Positions 29,201-39,109 of a stretch of DNA of 64,000 nucleotides are shown piece after piece. Numbering within the stretch: the stretch's first letter is position 1; every line of letters starts with the position of its first letter. The DNA comes from Candidatus Latescibacterota bacterium (lineage in GTDB: Bacteria > Latescibacterota > UBA2968 > GCA-2709665): contig CBDCOX010000002.1 in the NCBI GenBank assembly GCA_965219995.1, positions 3,104,001 through 3,168,000 on the forward strand, given 5' to 3'. The notes beneath the pieces are model-generated. The model was not told the DNA's origin and searched no databases. It worked only from the letters and a program-made list of their open reading frames with translations. Position numbers and translations under genes: made by a program.

Positions 29201-31232
29201 GGTCGATCGCCAGAATCTCCAGATTGTACCTCTGGCGGTCGATGAAGGTGGTATCGTTTACCGGCCAACTGACCAGGCTGCCCACCGTCTCCAGCCGGGC
29301 GTTACCCGGGCCGTAGGCCTGCACGATGGTCGCTCCGCCGCCCGCCTCATGATAGCGGATGGACAGCGAATCCAACTCTTCGTTGATCTGGAAGGCCGGG
29401 TTCTTGGTGACCGGGCCGATGGTGGGCGCGTCCTCGTTGTCCGCGTCCTTGGGCGCCGTATCGTCCGAGGGGAACAGATTGGAGAGCCCCGGAGTATTCC
29501 CGTCCAGTGTGATGCCCGTGAGCCCTTTATACTCGGTCTTGTTGCCCAGGCTGTCCCAAGCGGTGATGATGATATCCCCGACCGTTCCGCCCTTGGCTTC
29601 GTACTTCCCTTTCGCGATACCCGCCACGGCGCCGGTTTCGGTGTTTACCGTCCACCACGGGGCCGTATCGGGGGTATCGTTGAGGAAGTCCACCGTGGCC
29701 ACGCCATCGCCGCCGGTGGGGTCCGCGGCCACGATCGCCGGAGTCGCCGTGTCATCCGCTGCGATGGGATTGAGCGTCAGCGTACTGTCGGCGTGCTTGA
29801 TCGTGATCTTGCTCACCCCTTCGCTGAGTTTGAACTCGAGCGGTCTCAGCCGGCGGTTGGTCTGTACCGCGGGCTCACCCGGCAACTGGGTATAAATGCC
29901 GTCAAGCGACTGCGTGATTGCCGCGGTGATCAGAGGTTTATGATTCTCCGATCCGGCCGCAATACTGTCCGGATGCGGATGATTTATCGTAATCTTGGGC
30001 GCGGTCGCGTCCCCGATAATCGGAATATCCGTGTTGGTTCCCGCCGCGGCCACAGTTGTCAGATCTGATAAAGCAGCTACGAGCGAGTCGGCGCCGCCGT
30101 GGAGGGTTCTCCAATTGGCAGCGGAGGGCCCTGTGGCATCACCGCCGACGTTACCGGCGACGTCCACGAGATAGGCGTAGAGCTCGAGACGCTCATTGTC
30201 CTTGATCTGCCCCGCGTCAATCTTATCCTCAACGCTCGGATTCGGGCTGTACAGCCTGTCCCCACGGAGCGTGACCTTTACCCGCGCGTCCTCCTCGAAA
30301 GCTTTCGCGCGCGCCGGTTCAGTTTCCAAAGCGAGGCCAGGAGGATCGGTCGTTGTATCATCCGAATCATAGCGCGCAATCGAGTCGGCGGGTACGAGAC
30401 CGACTTCGATCCTGTCCGCCCTGGCGCTCAGGATCGCGGAGGTATTCAGACCCAACACCGCTCTGAACACCTGGTCGGTGGTAATCTGGATCTCCCGGAC
30501 GTAGGGCTGCTGGTCGGTGCCTGTGAGCCCGGTGGCCGACGTATCGACCAGGACGGCTTCCAACCTGCCCAGGTCCAGATCGATTTCCGTAAATACATTT
30601 GCATGAAGCGGGCGAACGCTGTCGATGCCAAACAACCGTCCGAGACCCACGCGGCTGGCGCCGAAGCCGGCCGTGGCGGGCGTGATCTTCTTGTCGGTCA
30701 TCAGGTTGTTCAGCGCGCCACCCGGATCGGTGTCGGGTTGTGTGTCGACGACGATCTTTACCGAGTGGTTATTGTCGGTCTCAATCGCATCATCCTGTTC
30801 CACGGTAATTGAAACCGTAAACGTATCGACGCCCGAGCCCAACCCCTTGGTAACGGTAAGCTCACCGGCAGGAGTTCGTGAGGCGGCGCTGACTAGGCGC
30901 TCATCCGCGTCCGTCGTAGCATCATCGACATCCGTTTGTGTCGTGGTGTTGGGGACGGTTACAGTATAATGTGCCGCCGTCGCCGTCGCCGGATCGTCTG
31001 CGAGCGAAGAGTCCTTGACGATAATCTCGAAACCAGCGTCGAGACGCTGATCGTAACTCAGGATCCGAAAGACAATTTTGTCGCCAATTTTGGCCCACGA
31101 GTTGGCGGCAGGTTTGTCAACACGAATGAAAACACCCTGCGTGGCGGCGACTTCCTGGGCCGAGGCCACGCCAACCACTCCGAAAACCAGCAGAAACGCC
31201 AAACCAATGCTTGAAACCGTTTTTAACTGCAT
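26268..31232 (-). CDS. Large acidic surface protein (S-layer/scaffold-like) with Ig-like domains, dockerin-like, cohesin-like and FlgD-Ig/T9SS-like C-terminal domains
   Basis: Signal peptide; AAGGAGG RBS before the ATG at 31232; VDFEDF...ADVDDDGTVDFSDY; VGETVTLTVSM...FGLELVYDADKFEFVS; QNFPNPFNP...GIYFY...KRLMLLK. Confidence 0.8.
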   Translation of the reverse strand: MQLKTVSSIGLAFLLVFGVVGVASAQEVAATQGVFIRVDKPAANSWAKIGDKIVFRILSYDQRLDAGFEIIVKDSSLADDPATATAAHYTVTVPNTTTQTDVDDATTDADERLVSAASRTPAGELTVTKGLGSGVDTFTVSITVEQDDAIETDNNHSVKIVVDTQPDTDPGGALNNLMTDKKITPATAGFGASRVGLGRLFGIDSVRPLHANVFTEIDLDLGRLEAVLVDTSATGLTGTDQQPYVREIQITTDQVFRAVLGLNTSAILSARADRIEVGLVPADSIARYDSDDTTTDPPGLALETEPARAKAFEEDARVKVTLRGDRLYSPNPSVEDKIDAGQIKDNERLELYAYLVDVAGNVGGDATGPSAANWRTLHGGADSLVAALSDLTTVAAAGTNTDIPIIGDATAPKITINHPHPDSIAAGSENHKPLITAAITQSLDGIYTQLPGEPAVQTNRRLRPLEFKLSEGVSKITIKHADSTLTLNPIAADDTATPAIVAADPTGGDGVATVDFLNDTPDTAPWWTVNTETGAVAGIAKGKYEAKGGTVGDIIITAWDSLGNKTEYKGLTGITLDGNTPGLSNLFPSDDTAPKDADNEDAPTIGPVTKNPAFQINEELDSLSIRYHEAGGGATIVQAYGPGNARLETVGSLVSWPVNDTTFIDRQRYNLEILAIDLASNASVTDGGTLTFKDVFTNPDADLFKIAATPDEKQVAGVDVSLAMTVIDTTLTRMEKEQDSAAGDVRAVTYHTPSAVAVIVSGSQAGALEGVTFSGTGVAPAPTFALPAELAAAGMVAKAAILDGDGWHAGSRTVKFKSTKPLTGITVMAAEGSIDPSTGAYTLRISGQAAKAINIEVAEFSKFNVTAIEGEISTDNVAGAFSVHVAPADAFGNPSLKIENAAGAKTYTSVAFTFASSNAAVSVPSGQQMVTSTDGSTYGAVASDAGGTASISVRSVDTYTTGAAQGTDDDKTAAVTGAVTVNIVSEDGDGPDPGAPAAVANVVVQDYMGADGEGDQGGVVVVSFPNSSQHEAVSAYQISREIDSTTGMDDEGNVIELEEPVKKWVAWTSVSFEADAGDNMGDAEGDMQTVIVPAIDNVATNWGVTAVTAAGESEQTTASKRVFTKESIQQTLQLLGMAPEAELLTDEELSNQFNAPEDYVKSLIGDQKGVVFAPVNPDLSALIGSAAVPSNIRTAHAGSFLSSARTVTEEPVAAVDNIAPAAVTDASGDGAGGVVLRWTASANDGVVGSIPYRGYNIPIMGVKGYAVQRGTSADDLEKVASLAPGSTQFTDDDLPDGVTTLVYRIDAYDDNNVAMSDLITVADIAIRLSFVDANGDPVYLMVLPSQGGNLEVDFEDFVAFAAAFNSQKGDANYNPQADVDDDGTVDFSDYVTAAASFGRTAVVPAGSKLAVVPQRPGVNADTEMTLELTSDKVLVGETVTLTVSMANARQLNGFGLELVYDADKFEFVSAAPADNDLLQSEGGETPLFKNWPEEGRVSVVNAIVESGSVSGGGELVTFTFKVLREFEDNARFEIAQGVVFDPDKLQNPVVTLGALDVQSTPTEFALHQNFPNPFNPQTNIPYDLAEGGDVVLRIYNLLGQEVRTLVRERQAPGRYTVQWSGMDDRGVSVSSGIYFYQVSVAGKFQDAKRLMLLK

Positions 31233-31662
31233 TACCAACCTCCTTGTGAAACAGGACGCTTCGTAAAACCTGCGGTAAACCTCCCTTGCTGCGCCTTGAA
31301 GCCACTTCTTGAACCCCGGTATGACCCCCGGCGGGGGGTGCCGGTAATCGGAAGTGATGTGGAATTTAGCTGTAATGGCGTTCCTCCCTTCGTTTGGAAA
31401 ATTCTAAAGTTCCTGGCCTGCAACGATCTGGTGTGACTATCGACATAAGGTTGAACCTTTATAGGTGCTCGGTCCTGTTACACCTCCTTTTAAATGCACG
31501 AAAGCCACCCCCTCGTCTCCCGCCTTCAAGAGATAGCATAATTGATTCGTCATAACTGTGTGTTGAGGTTCCAACAACCCGGTTCCGATAGTCGATGAAA
31601 ACAGCCGTGAATTCGGCTGATTTCGCTGTTTACGCACGCATTATTCCGCAAACAGGTTCCTA

Positions 31663-31691
31663 AGTATACGCAACACTAAACTGGCTGTCAA
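31663..31691 (-). promoter_or_regulatory. Near-consensus sigma70 promoter for the large surface-protein gene
   Basis: TTGACA-17 nt-TATACT on the minus strand. Confidence 0.75.
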
Positions 31692-31828
31692 GTGTTTTTT
31701 GTACTTTATTCGTCACGTAAAATTCAGAACGCCGAATGGCTCCAAACCCCTGTAAATTACGGCGCTTTGGCGCCCCGTGCAACCACAATATGAAGGGCCC
31801 TGTCTATTGCGTACCACAATACCCTGTT

Positions 31829-32386
31829 TCAGCGCATCTGATGTTCGAGGCGCTGGATTTCGTCGCGCAGGCTGGCCGCCTCTTCGTACTGTTCCCGGGC
31901 CACGGCCTCCTTCAATTCCGCCTTGAGGGCGGTCACACGATCCGAGATTCCGCCTTCGACCTGCTCGACTTCCACGTCCAAAGAGGCATTGATGGGCAGC
32001 CCGGCCTCCTGGATGACCCTGTCTTCCACGTAGACCGGGGCGCCCGTGCGGAGGGCCAGAGCGAGGGCGTCGCTGGGCCGGGAGTCCACGCCGATGGTTT
32101 TGCCATCGGCATCCAGGCTGACCTCGGCGAAGAAGACGTCTTCCTTGAGCGCGTTGATGAGCACGCGTGTGACCTTGACGCCCATGCCATCCAATATAGA
32201 CCGGAGCAACTCGCAGGTGGGCGGCCGGGGGGGTTCTTCGTCGTACAGCGCCATGTAAATGGCCGTGGCTTCGAAATTCCCGATGGAGATGGGCAGGAAG
32301 ATCTGCTGCTCCCTGTCTTTCAGCCACACGAGCGGCCGGTTGGTGTTGGGTTCCACCGCCACGCCGACCACGTTCATTTCGACCAT
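31829..32386 (-). CDS. Bifunctional nuclease family protein (DUF151) with a UVR domain
   Basis: LPISIGNFEA, PPRPPT, DSRPSDALALA, EAVAREQYEEAASLRDEI. Confidence 0.9.
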   Translation of the reverse strand: MVEMNVVGVAVEPNTNRPLVWLKDREQQIFLPISIGNFEATAIYMALYDEEPPRPPTCELLRSILDGMGVKVTRVLINALKEDVFFAEVSLDADGKTIGVDSRPSDALALALRTGAPVYVEDRVIQEAGLPINASLDVEVEQVEGGISDRVTALKAELKEAVAREQYEEAASLRDEIQRLEHQMR

Positions 32387-32499
32387 TGGTTGCGCATCCT
32401 TCCCGGCGCGCACAGGGGAGGAGGATTTGCGCCGCTGGGGGAGGGCATTTTTCGCAAATACACTTACTAAACAATAATATATGGCGAAGGCTCCGGAAA

Positions 32500-33470
32500 A
32501 ATCAAGGGAAAAAGAGCGGTCAGCTATCAGCTATCAGCGGTCAGCAATCAGCCTAAAGCAAAATCAAATACAAGAATCAAATTCAGCTCACACGGAGACA
32601 CAAAGACACAAAGGGAAACAAACCAGCCATCAGCAGTCAGCGTTCAGCCGTCAGCTTGAAGCAAGAGCGAAAAACGAAAACAAGAGTCAAATTCATCTCA
32701 CACGGAGACACGGAGACACGGAGACACAAAGAAAAACAAACCAGCCATCAGTCAAAGGCGAACATCAAATTCAAAATCCCCTTTTCCCCAAATTCCCTGC
32801 CTCCGGCGGGTTCCTTTTGAAGCGACCAAAAGGAACCAAAAGTCGCCACTGGGCGTGGGGCCTGCTATATGCACAGCGCGAACTCCCTCACAGGATGCTC
32901 TCAATCCTCTGGCCTGACACCCTCTGTGGAACATCGAACCCCGTTGCTGGACGGATCTGCGCGCTCTGCTCCGGGTGCCCTCCGGTCAGGAAACGCCTAC
33001 GTAGACCGATTGGCGTCTGAATGATGAGGAAAGCCCTCTGCGATTAGCCGACAGCAGTCCGCCGATAGCCAAGATCAAAAACGAAAATCTGCTCACACAA
33101 TGACACGAAGACACAAAGAAAACCAAACCGGAAACCAGCGGTCAGCTTGAATCAAAAACCCAATGCGCTGACGCCAGCGCAATTTTATGGACGAGCGCGA
33201 AGGGCGCAGACCTATCCCCACGGCCTGCCGAGAAACCACCGGCATGCAGGGACCCTTTCCTAAAGGAAAGGGAGACGAGCGTCACGCGATAGATTCCCGC
33301 TACCCCCTTCCTTCAGGAAGGGGGTAAGGGGTAGGTCGGCGGGGGAGTGGGTGTATGTCCGCCGGCAGGCCACCTTTCAGGATTCGATGGATAAACCGCA
33401 TGAGGATCAACCCGTTTTCATTCTTAATTCTTCATTCTTCATTCTTTCCTCTCACGTCTCACCGCCTTTC
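32500..33470. repeat. Composite repeat region (TCAGC heptamers, CACGGAGA 8-mers, 184-bp element, CCCTTTCC and CCCCTTCC hairpins)
   Basis: The shared modules recur in the same order at 37635-38630. Confidence 0.75.
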
Positions 33471-36400
33471 CGCTGCCGTGCGGCCGTACGAGGCGGCGAA
33501 GGCGACGTAGTCGGCGAAGTTCACGGCGCCGTCGTCGTTCACGTCGGCCTGGGGGTTGTAGGCGGTGTCGCCCTTGCGGGTCCCGAAGGCGGCGGCGAAG
33601 GCGATGAGGTCTTCGAAGTTGACCTGGAGATCGCCGCCCTGCGACGGGAGGACGATGAGGTAGACCGGTTCGCCGCCGGCGTCCGCGAACGTCACGCGGA
33701 CGGAGACGTTCTCGACAGCGAACGGGTCGCCCGCGGTCACGTTGTTGTCGTCAACCGCGTCGATCCGGTAGACCAGCGAGGCGACGCCGCCGGGCAGGGC
33801 GTCGTCGACGAACCGCGTGGCGCCCGGCGGCAGCACGGCGATTTCCTCGAGGCTGTCGGAAGACGCGCCGCGCATCACCCGGTAGCCCTTCACGCCATAG
33901 ATGGGCAGGTTGTAGCCGCGATAGGGGATGAATCCCACCACGCCGTCATCCGCGGACGCCGTCCACCGCAGCGCGCCCGCGCCGTCGCCGGACGCGCCGG
34001 TCACCGCGGCGGGCGGAATGTTGTCGATCGCGCCGGCCGGTCCGTCGGTTTCCGTCCGGGCGGACACCCGCAGTTCGCCCGCCGCGCGATCGGTGCGGAG
34101 GTTCGCGGGAGCGGAGGCGGCGGCCACCGGCGCGCTCGCGCGGAGGTCCACCGGCGCGAACACCAGGTCCCGCCGGTCGCCGATGACGGATGCGGCGAAA
34201 TCTTCCGGCGCGTTGAACCGTTCCGCCAACTCCACTTCCGTCATGGGCGGCGAGGGTATGCCCAACGTCGCGAGGGTCAGCGCCGCGCCCTCCTTCGCGT
34301 AAACGCGCTTTCCGGCCGCTGTCCCGGCAGCGCCGGCGACGGACCTGACGCCCCACCGGGTGGCCGCGTTGTCCAGCGCGGGGACCACGGCGCGCAGCAT
34401 GCCGCCGTCCGCGACGCCGACGGTCGCCCAGTGTATCCACGAGTTCACGGGCGCTTCGCGGTGTATCTCCCGGCCGTGCCCGTCGTACCCTGCCAGCGTC
34501 GTTTCAACTTCGCGCTCGATCCGGTAGTGGATCACGGCGTCGCGCCGGACGGAGTGCGGGAAGCCGATCAGCACCATGCCGCCCTGGTCGCCGGTCCCGT
34601 CCGCGCCTTTGTAGTCCTCGACCGTGATGGAGGCGGGCGGGTCCGGGGGGCCGTTCTCGGGCGTGAAACGCACGGTCACGCTGCCCGTGAGCGCGCCGGT
34701 CACGGCATTCCCGCCCGATCCCGTCACCAGCGCCCCGTCCACCGTGCGCACGGTGATCATTGCGCTGCCGTCCAACTCCGCGGCCACGGCGCCGAAGTCC
34801 GCGCCGCCGGGCGGGACCGTCTGCACGCCCGCGGGTACCGTCACCGCGGCGTGGCTGCTTCCGAATCGGACAGCCACAGATGGGTAGTTCTCCGATGTCA
34901 CGGTATTTTCGATTTTCATGCTCGCGTTGCCGAATGCGTCGGCGGGCAGCACGCGGACCGTAAAGGCGCCGGACACGCTGCTGCCCGGTTCCGCGCCGGC
35001 CCCTGCGGACACCACGAATTGCGAGAACTCCGCGGTCTCCACGTTCACCGCCGCGTCGAGCCGGCCGCTGATGCGAATCGAATGGCTTCCGTCGACGGGG
35101 TCGATCAGGCCCTCCGCGGCCATCACGGCGGCGTTTACCAGCGGCCTGGCGGACCGGAAGCTGACGTCGCGCCGGCCCGCGCGCCATCCGTCGCCGTCCA
35201 GAATGGCCGCGCGGGCGACCATCCCGGCGGCGGCCATTTCCGCGGGCAGCGTGAAGGACGGCGCGGGCCTCACAACGATGCCGCCGAAGCTCACGCCTTC
35301 CAGCGCGCCGGCCTGGTCGCCGGAGACGATCACGGCCAGCGCCGCCTGCGCGTGATAGGTCAACGCGAGGACGCCGGCGCCCTCGGCACGTGAGAGCGTG
35401 GTATCGAGGACGGACAGGCGCATGGTGAAATCCGCGCCGGCAACCACCCTTCCGCCCTGGTCCGGCACGTTGACGATTCTGAACGCGTCGGCCTTCGGAT
35501 TCTGGAAACCCCTCGTGAACGTGAGCGCCCCGCCATCGGTCACGCTGGCGTTGCCGGCGAGGTCCACGGCCAGAATCTGCAGATCGTACCGGCTTCCATC
35601 CCAGAAGCCCGCGTTTTCCACAGGCCAGATCATCGGCTTTCCAATGGTCTCCAGCCGGCGGTTCCCCCGGCGGAAACGCTGCACGACGGCCGGGGCGCCG
35701 GCGGCGAGGTTGATATAGCGGACGGACAGCGATTCCAGCGCCTCGTCGATGGTGAAGACCGGGTCCTTGCTGGCCAGATTGACGGTGGGCTCGTCGTTGT
35801 TGTCCGGATCCCTGGGCGCGGTCGCGGCGGTGGGGAACAGATGGGAGATCACCGGCGCCTTTTCGTCGTACCAGATGCCCTCGAGGTCCAGGGCCGCCCG
35901 GTTCCCGACGCTGTCCCAGACCTCGATCGTCAGATCATTCCGGACCCCGCCCGCTCTGTCGTATTTCCAGGGAAGCGCGAGTGTGGCGGTGGAATCGTCG
36001 CCCGTGGGCGGCAGGCCTTCACCGTCGTCAACCCGGCCGGCGTCATTGACCCCACTGCCGAACCCGTGTGTGCTGTCGCCATGGGTGATCCGGATGGAGT
36101 CCGGGACTTCGCTGAGTCTGAACGTGAGCGGGTTCAACCCGCGGTTGGCCCGGACGCCCTCCGCCTCTCCGGGCAGAGGTCGAACTCCCGACAGCGTCTG
36201 CGTGACGGCCGCCGAGATCCGGTTTTCCATGCGGTCCGGACGCGGGTACACAACTGTGATCCGGGGCGGGGTCGCGTCGGCGATCCATTCCACGCCGGCG
36301 GGGTCGAAACGATCCGGAAGGCCGTACCCGGCGCTGACGGGCGACGGCGCTGGCGCGCCCATCGAGGCGGCGCCCGGGTTGCCGGCGGCATCCACGAGAA

Positions 36401-37307
36401 ACGCTTCGACCCGTACGCGCCGGTTATCGCCGAAATCGCCCGCCTCGACCTTCGCCGACGTCCGCACGCCGGCTCTGTACAGCTGTTCCCGGGCAAACGC
36501 GAAAGAGACCGGCGCCGAGGAAAACGCGGAATCCGCATCCACGACACCCGCCAGGATGCGTTCCGCGCCCGCATCCAGCACGCCGGCCGTGTTCAAACCC
36601 AGGCGGATGGTGATTCTGTCGCCGCGTCTGAACCGGACGCGCTCGATCAACCCCGCCGGCGTGGTGTCGAATCCGAGCCCGTCCGTCTCAACGGAGAAGG
36701 ATTCGAACACGTCGGCATGCACGGGACGGTTGGCATCGATGCCGAACCTCACCCCGTCGCCCACCCTGTTCGCGCCGAAGCCCGTGGACGCCGGGGTGAT
36801 CTTCGACTTCGTCATCAGGTTGTTCAACTCGTTGCCAGCCACGTCCGCGTCCGGGTCGACCACCACTTTCACCGCACGGCTGTTCTTCGACGCAAAGCGG
36901 GTCGCGCGCGGGGTTACGGTTATGGAGACCCGGAAGGTATCCACGCCGGACGCCTCGCCGTCGCCAAACGCGACACCGTCCGGAGGATGACCCGGACCGG
37001 GTACATATATATTGTAATAGACAAACCCGCGGGGAGCGGCGGACCCGCCGGCAGTAACGCCGACGTCCCTGTCGCGTACCGTTGCATCGACAACGGACAC
37101 GCGGAAGCCGCCGTCGAGGAGGCCGTCGTACGTCAGAATGCGGATTTCGATCCCGCCGTCGATCCCGGCCCACGCGTTGGCGGCGGGCCTGTCCACGCGA
37201 ATCAGAATGCCCGGCGGGTCCGCGACCTCCAGGGCATACGCCGCGCCGGAAACGCCCAGAACCAGCAAAAACGCCAGACCCGTGCCTGAAGACGTCCAAT
37301 ACCGCAT
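33459..37307 (-). CDS. Secreted paralogue of the 26268-31232 surface protein, ending at the dockerin-like domain
   Basis: Collinear blocks (NNLMT..KITP, QDYMGADG/EDYKGADG, IPYRGYN, LPSQGG, QADVNDDGAVNFADY); the stop codon lies inside a repeat arm. Confidence 0.8.
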   Translation of the reverse strand: MRYWTSSGTGLAFLLVLGVSGAAYALEVADPPGILIRVDRPAANAWAGIDGGIEIRILTYDGLLDGGFRVSVVDATVRDRDVGVTAGGSAAPRGFVYYNIYVPGPGHPPDGVAFGDGEASGVDTFRVSITVTPRATRFASKNSRAVKVVVDPDADVAGNELNNLMTKSKITPASTGFGANRVGDGVRFGIDANRPVHADVFESFSVETDGLGFDTTPAGLIERVRFRRGDRITIRLGLNTAGVLDAGAERILAGVVDADSAFSSAPVSFAFAREQLYRAGVRTSAKVEAGDFGDNRRVRVEAFLVDAAGNPGAASMGAPAPSPVSAGYGLPDRFDPAGVEWIADATPPRITVVYPRPDRMENRISAAVTQTLSGVRPLPGEAEGVRANRGLNPLTFRLSEVPDSIRITHGDSTHGFGSGVNDAGRVDDGEGLPPTGDDSTATLALPWKYDRAGGVRNDLTIEVWDSVGNRAALDLEGIWYDEKAPVISHLFPTAATAPRDPDNNDEPTVNLASKDPVFTIDEALESLSVRYINLAAGAPAVVQRFRRGNRRLETIGKPMIWPVENAGFWDGSRYDLQILAVDLAGNASVTDGGALTFTRGFQNPKADAFRIVNVPDQGGRVVAGADFTMRLSVLDTTLSRAEGAGVLALTYHAQAALAVIVSGDQAGALEGVSFGGIVVRPAPSFTLPAEMAAAGMVARAAILDGDGWRAGRRDVSFRSARPLVNAAVMAAEGLIDPVDGSHSIRISGRLDAAVNVETAEFSQFVVSAGAGAEPGSSVSGAFTVRVLPADAFGNASMKIENTVTSENYPSVAVRFGSSHAAVTVPAGVQTVPPGGADFGAVAAELDGSAMITVRTVDGALVTGSGGNAVTGALTGSVTVRFTPENGPPDPPASITVEDYKGADGTGDQGGMVLIGFPHSVRRDAVIHYRIEREVETTLAGYDGHGREIHREAPVNSWIHWATVGVADGGMLRAVVPALDNAATRWGVRSVAGAAGTAAGKRVYAKEGAALTLATLGIPSPPMTEVELAERFNAPEDFAASVIGDRRDLVFAPVDLRASAPVAAASAPANLRTDRAAGELRVSARTETDGPAGAIDNIPPAAVTGASGDGAGALRWTASADDGVVGFIPYRGYNLPIYGVKGYRVMRGASSDSLEEIAVLPPGATRFVDDALPGGVASLVYRIDAVDDNNVTAGDPFAVENVSVRVTFADAGGEPVYLIVLPSQGGDLQVNFEDLIAFAAAFGTRKGDTAYNPQADVNDDGAVNFADYVAFAASYGRTAAERR

Positions 37308-37634
37308 CGCCGGCCTCCCTTTGAGTCACCACGCGCCGATTCAACCCGGCGGGCAGGGCGGCAAAAAGCATGCCAGCGAGGCGACGAACGAGGCATGCGG
37401 CAGCGCGGACGGGCTCGAAATCGGGGATTCGGGGGACCGGCCGGCGGACCGGGTTGGCGCCGGGGATGCGGAAACGGTTGAGGAGACGGCTCAGGAAGGC
37501 GTTCGGGCGCGGAGGACGGAGAGAAACGTTGCGAGGGGTACGGACGACCGTTCAGCCGATCGAGGGAATCGAGGCGTGGGGCATCGAGCGGGGAACGGCG
37601 CGGAGGGATTGAAAAAAACGTTCACATGGGTGAA

Positions 37635-38630
37635 AGATATCAGCTATCAGCGGTCGGCGTTCAGCAAGAATCAAGGTCGAAAATCAAATTCAAAATCCCC
37701 TTTTCCCCAAATTCCCTAAAGGCGGGGAGACGGGAGAAGTGAGACGGGAGATGATATCAGTGCCTTGTGGTATTTCTTGTTGTTACGATAACGGTAGAGA
37801 AACAGGCACGGTTAGCGCGAAAACACTGTGGTGACGTTATCATCTACCGTCTACCCTCTTGCCGCATTTGCCAGGGCGTGGGGCCTGCCAAATGCATAGC
37901 GCGAACACACTCACAGGATGCACACGATCCTCTGGCCTTACACCCGCGGAGGAAGATCAAACCACGTTGCTGGACGGATCAGCGCGCTCTGCTCTGGTAG
38001 CTCTCCGGTCAGGAAATACGTTTGTAGACCGATTGGTGTCTGGATGATGAGGACAGCGGTTAGCCATCGGCTGACAGTTGACAGCTTGGAGCGAAGAGCG
38101 AACCACTCCCAGCCCCGCAGACCTCTCCCCCCGGCCCATCAAAAGCGGTGAGAGGGTAGACGTGAGACGGGAGAAGATAATCTGCGTCGATGGGACGACG
38201 ATAAGGCCAGGCGACATGACCTCGCGGATGCGCAGACCTATCCCCCTGCCTGCCGAAAAATCACCGGCAGGCAGGACCCTTTCCTAAAGGAAAGGGTATG
38301 GAGGTTCGCGTAATGGGATCCCGGGTTCCCCCTTCCTTCAGGAAGGGGGTCAGGGGGTAGGTCTCGTAAAGGCGGGGAGACGGGAGACGTAAGAGGGGAG
38401 AGATTGTTCGCCCCGTGCGGTTTCACTTCTTGCCGGCGGCATAAGGGAAAAACCAATCGGGCAAGTACGTCATCTACCGTCTACCGTCTTACGTCTCACC
38501 GATTTTATTGCCCCGTGCGGGTTCACTTTTTGCCGGAGGCATAATGGAAGACCCATTCGGGCTAGGACGTCATCTACCGTCTACCGTCTCACGTCTCACC
38601 GCTTTCCTCTACCGTCTCACCGCTTTTTGG
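37635..38630. repeat. Composite repeat region (module A, 184-bp element, two B modules)
   Basis: 37874-38057 matches 32851-33034 without indels. Confidence 0.8.
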
Positions 38631-39074
38631 TTATTCCTTGACCACCCACACCTTGACGGTTGCGCTGACTTCGGCGTGGAGGCGGATGGAGACGTCGTAG
38701 ACCCCGAGCGCGCGGATGGGTTCGTCGAGTTCGATCCAGCGGCGGTCGATTTCGAAGCCCTGCTCGGCGAGGTGTTCGGAAATGTGCTGCCCCGTGACGG
38801 ACCCGAAGATCTGGTCTTCCTTGCCCACGGCGACCGGAATCGTGCAGGATGCCTTTTCGACCTTTTTCGAGAAGGCCACGGCCTCGCGCTGGGCGCGGGT
38901 GTCCCGGGCTTCCTTCTGGCGCTTCAGTTCCTCGTAGACCTTCATGTTCCCTTTGCTGGCCACCAGGGCGAGGTTCCGGGGGATGAGGTAATTCCTGGCG
39001 TACCCGTCCTTGACGTCAACAACTGTTCCAGCCTGGCCCAAGTTGTCGAGACCTTCGGTTAAGATTACCTTCAT
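38631..39074 (-). CDS. rplI: 50S ribosomal protein L9
   Basis: MKVIL...LGQAGTVVDVKDGYARNYLIPRNLA, FGSVT. Confidence 0.97.
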   Translation of the reverse strand: MKVILTEGLDNLGQAGTVVDVKDGYARNYLIPRNLALVASKGNMKVYEELKRQKEARDTRAQREAVAFSKKVEKASCTIPVAVGKEDQIFGSVTGQHISEHLAEQGFEIDRRWIELDEPIRALGVYDVSIRLHAEVSATVKVWVVKE

Positions 39075-39109
39075 GGGGGTTCCCTTTCGTTGGGCGCGAT
39101 GGCCGAATG

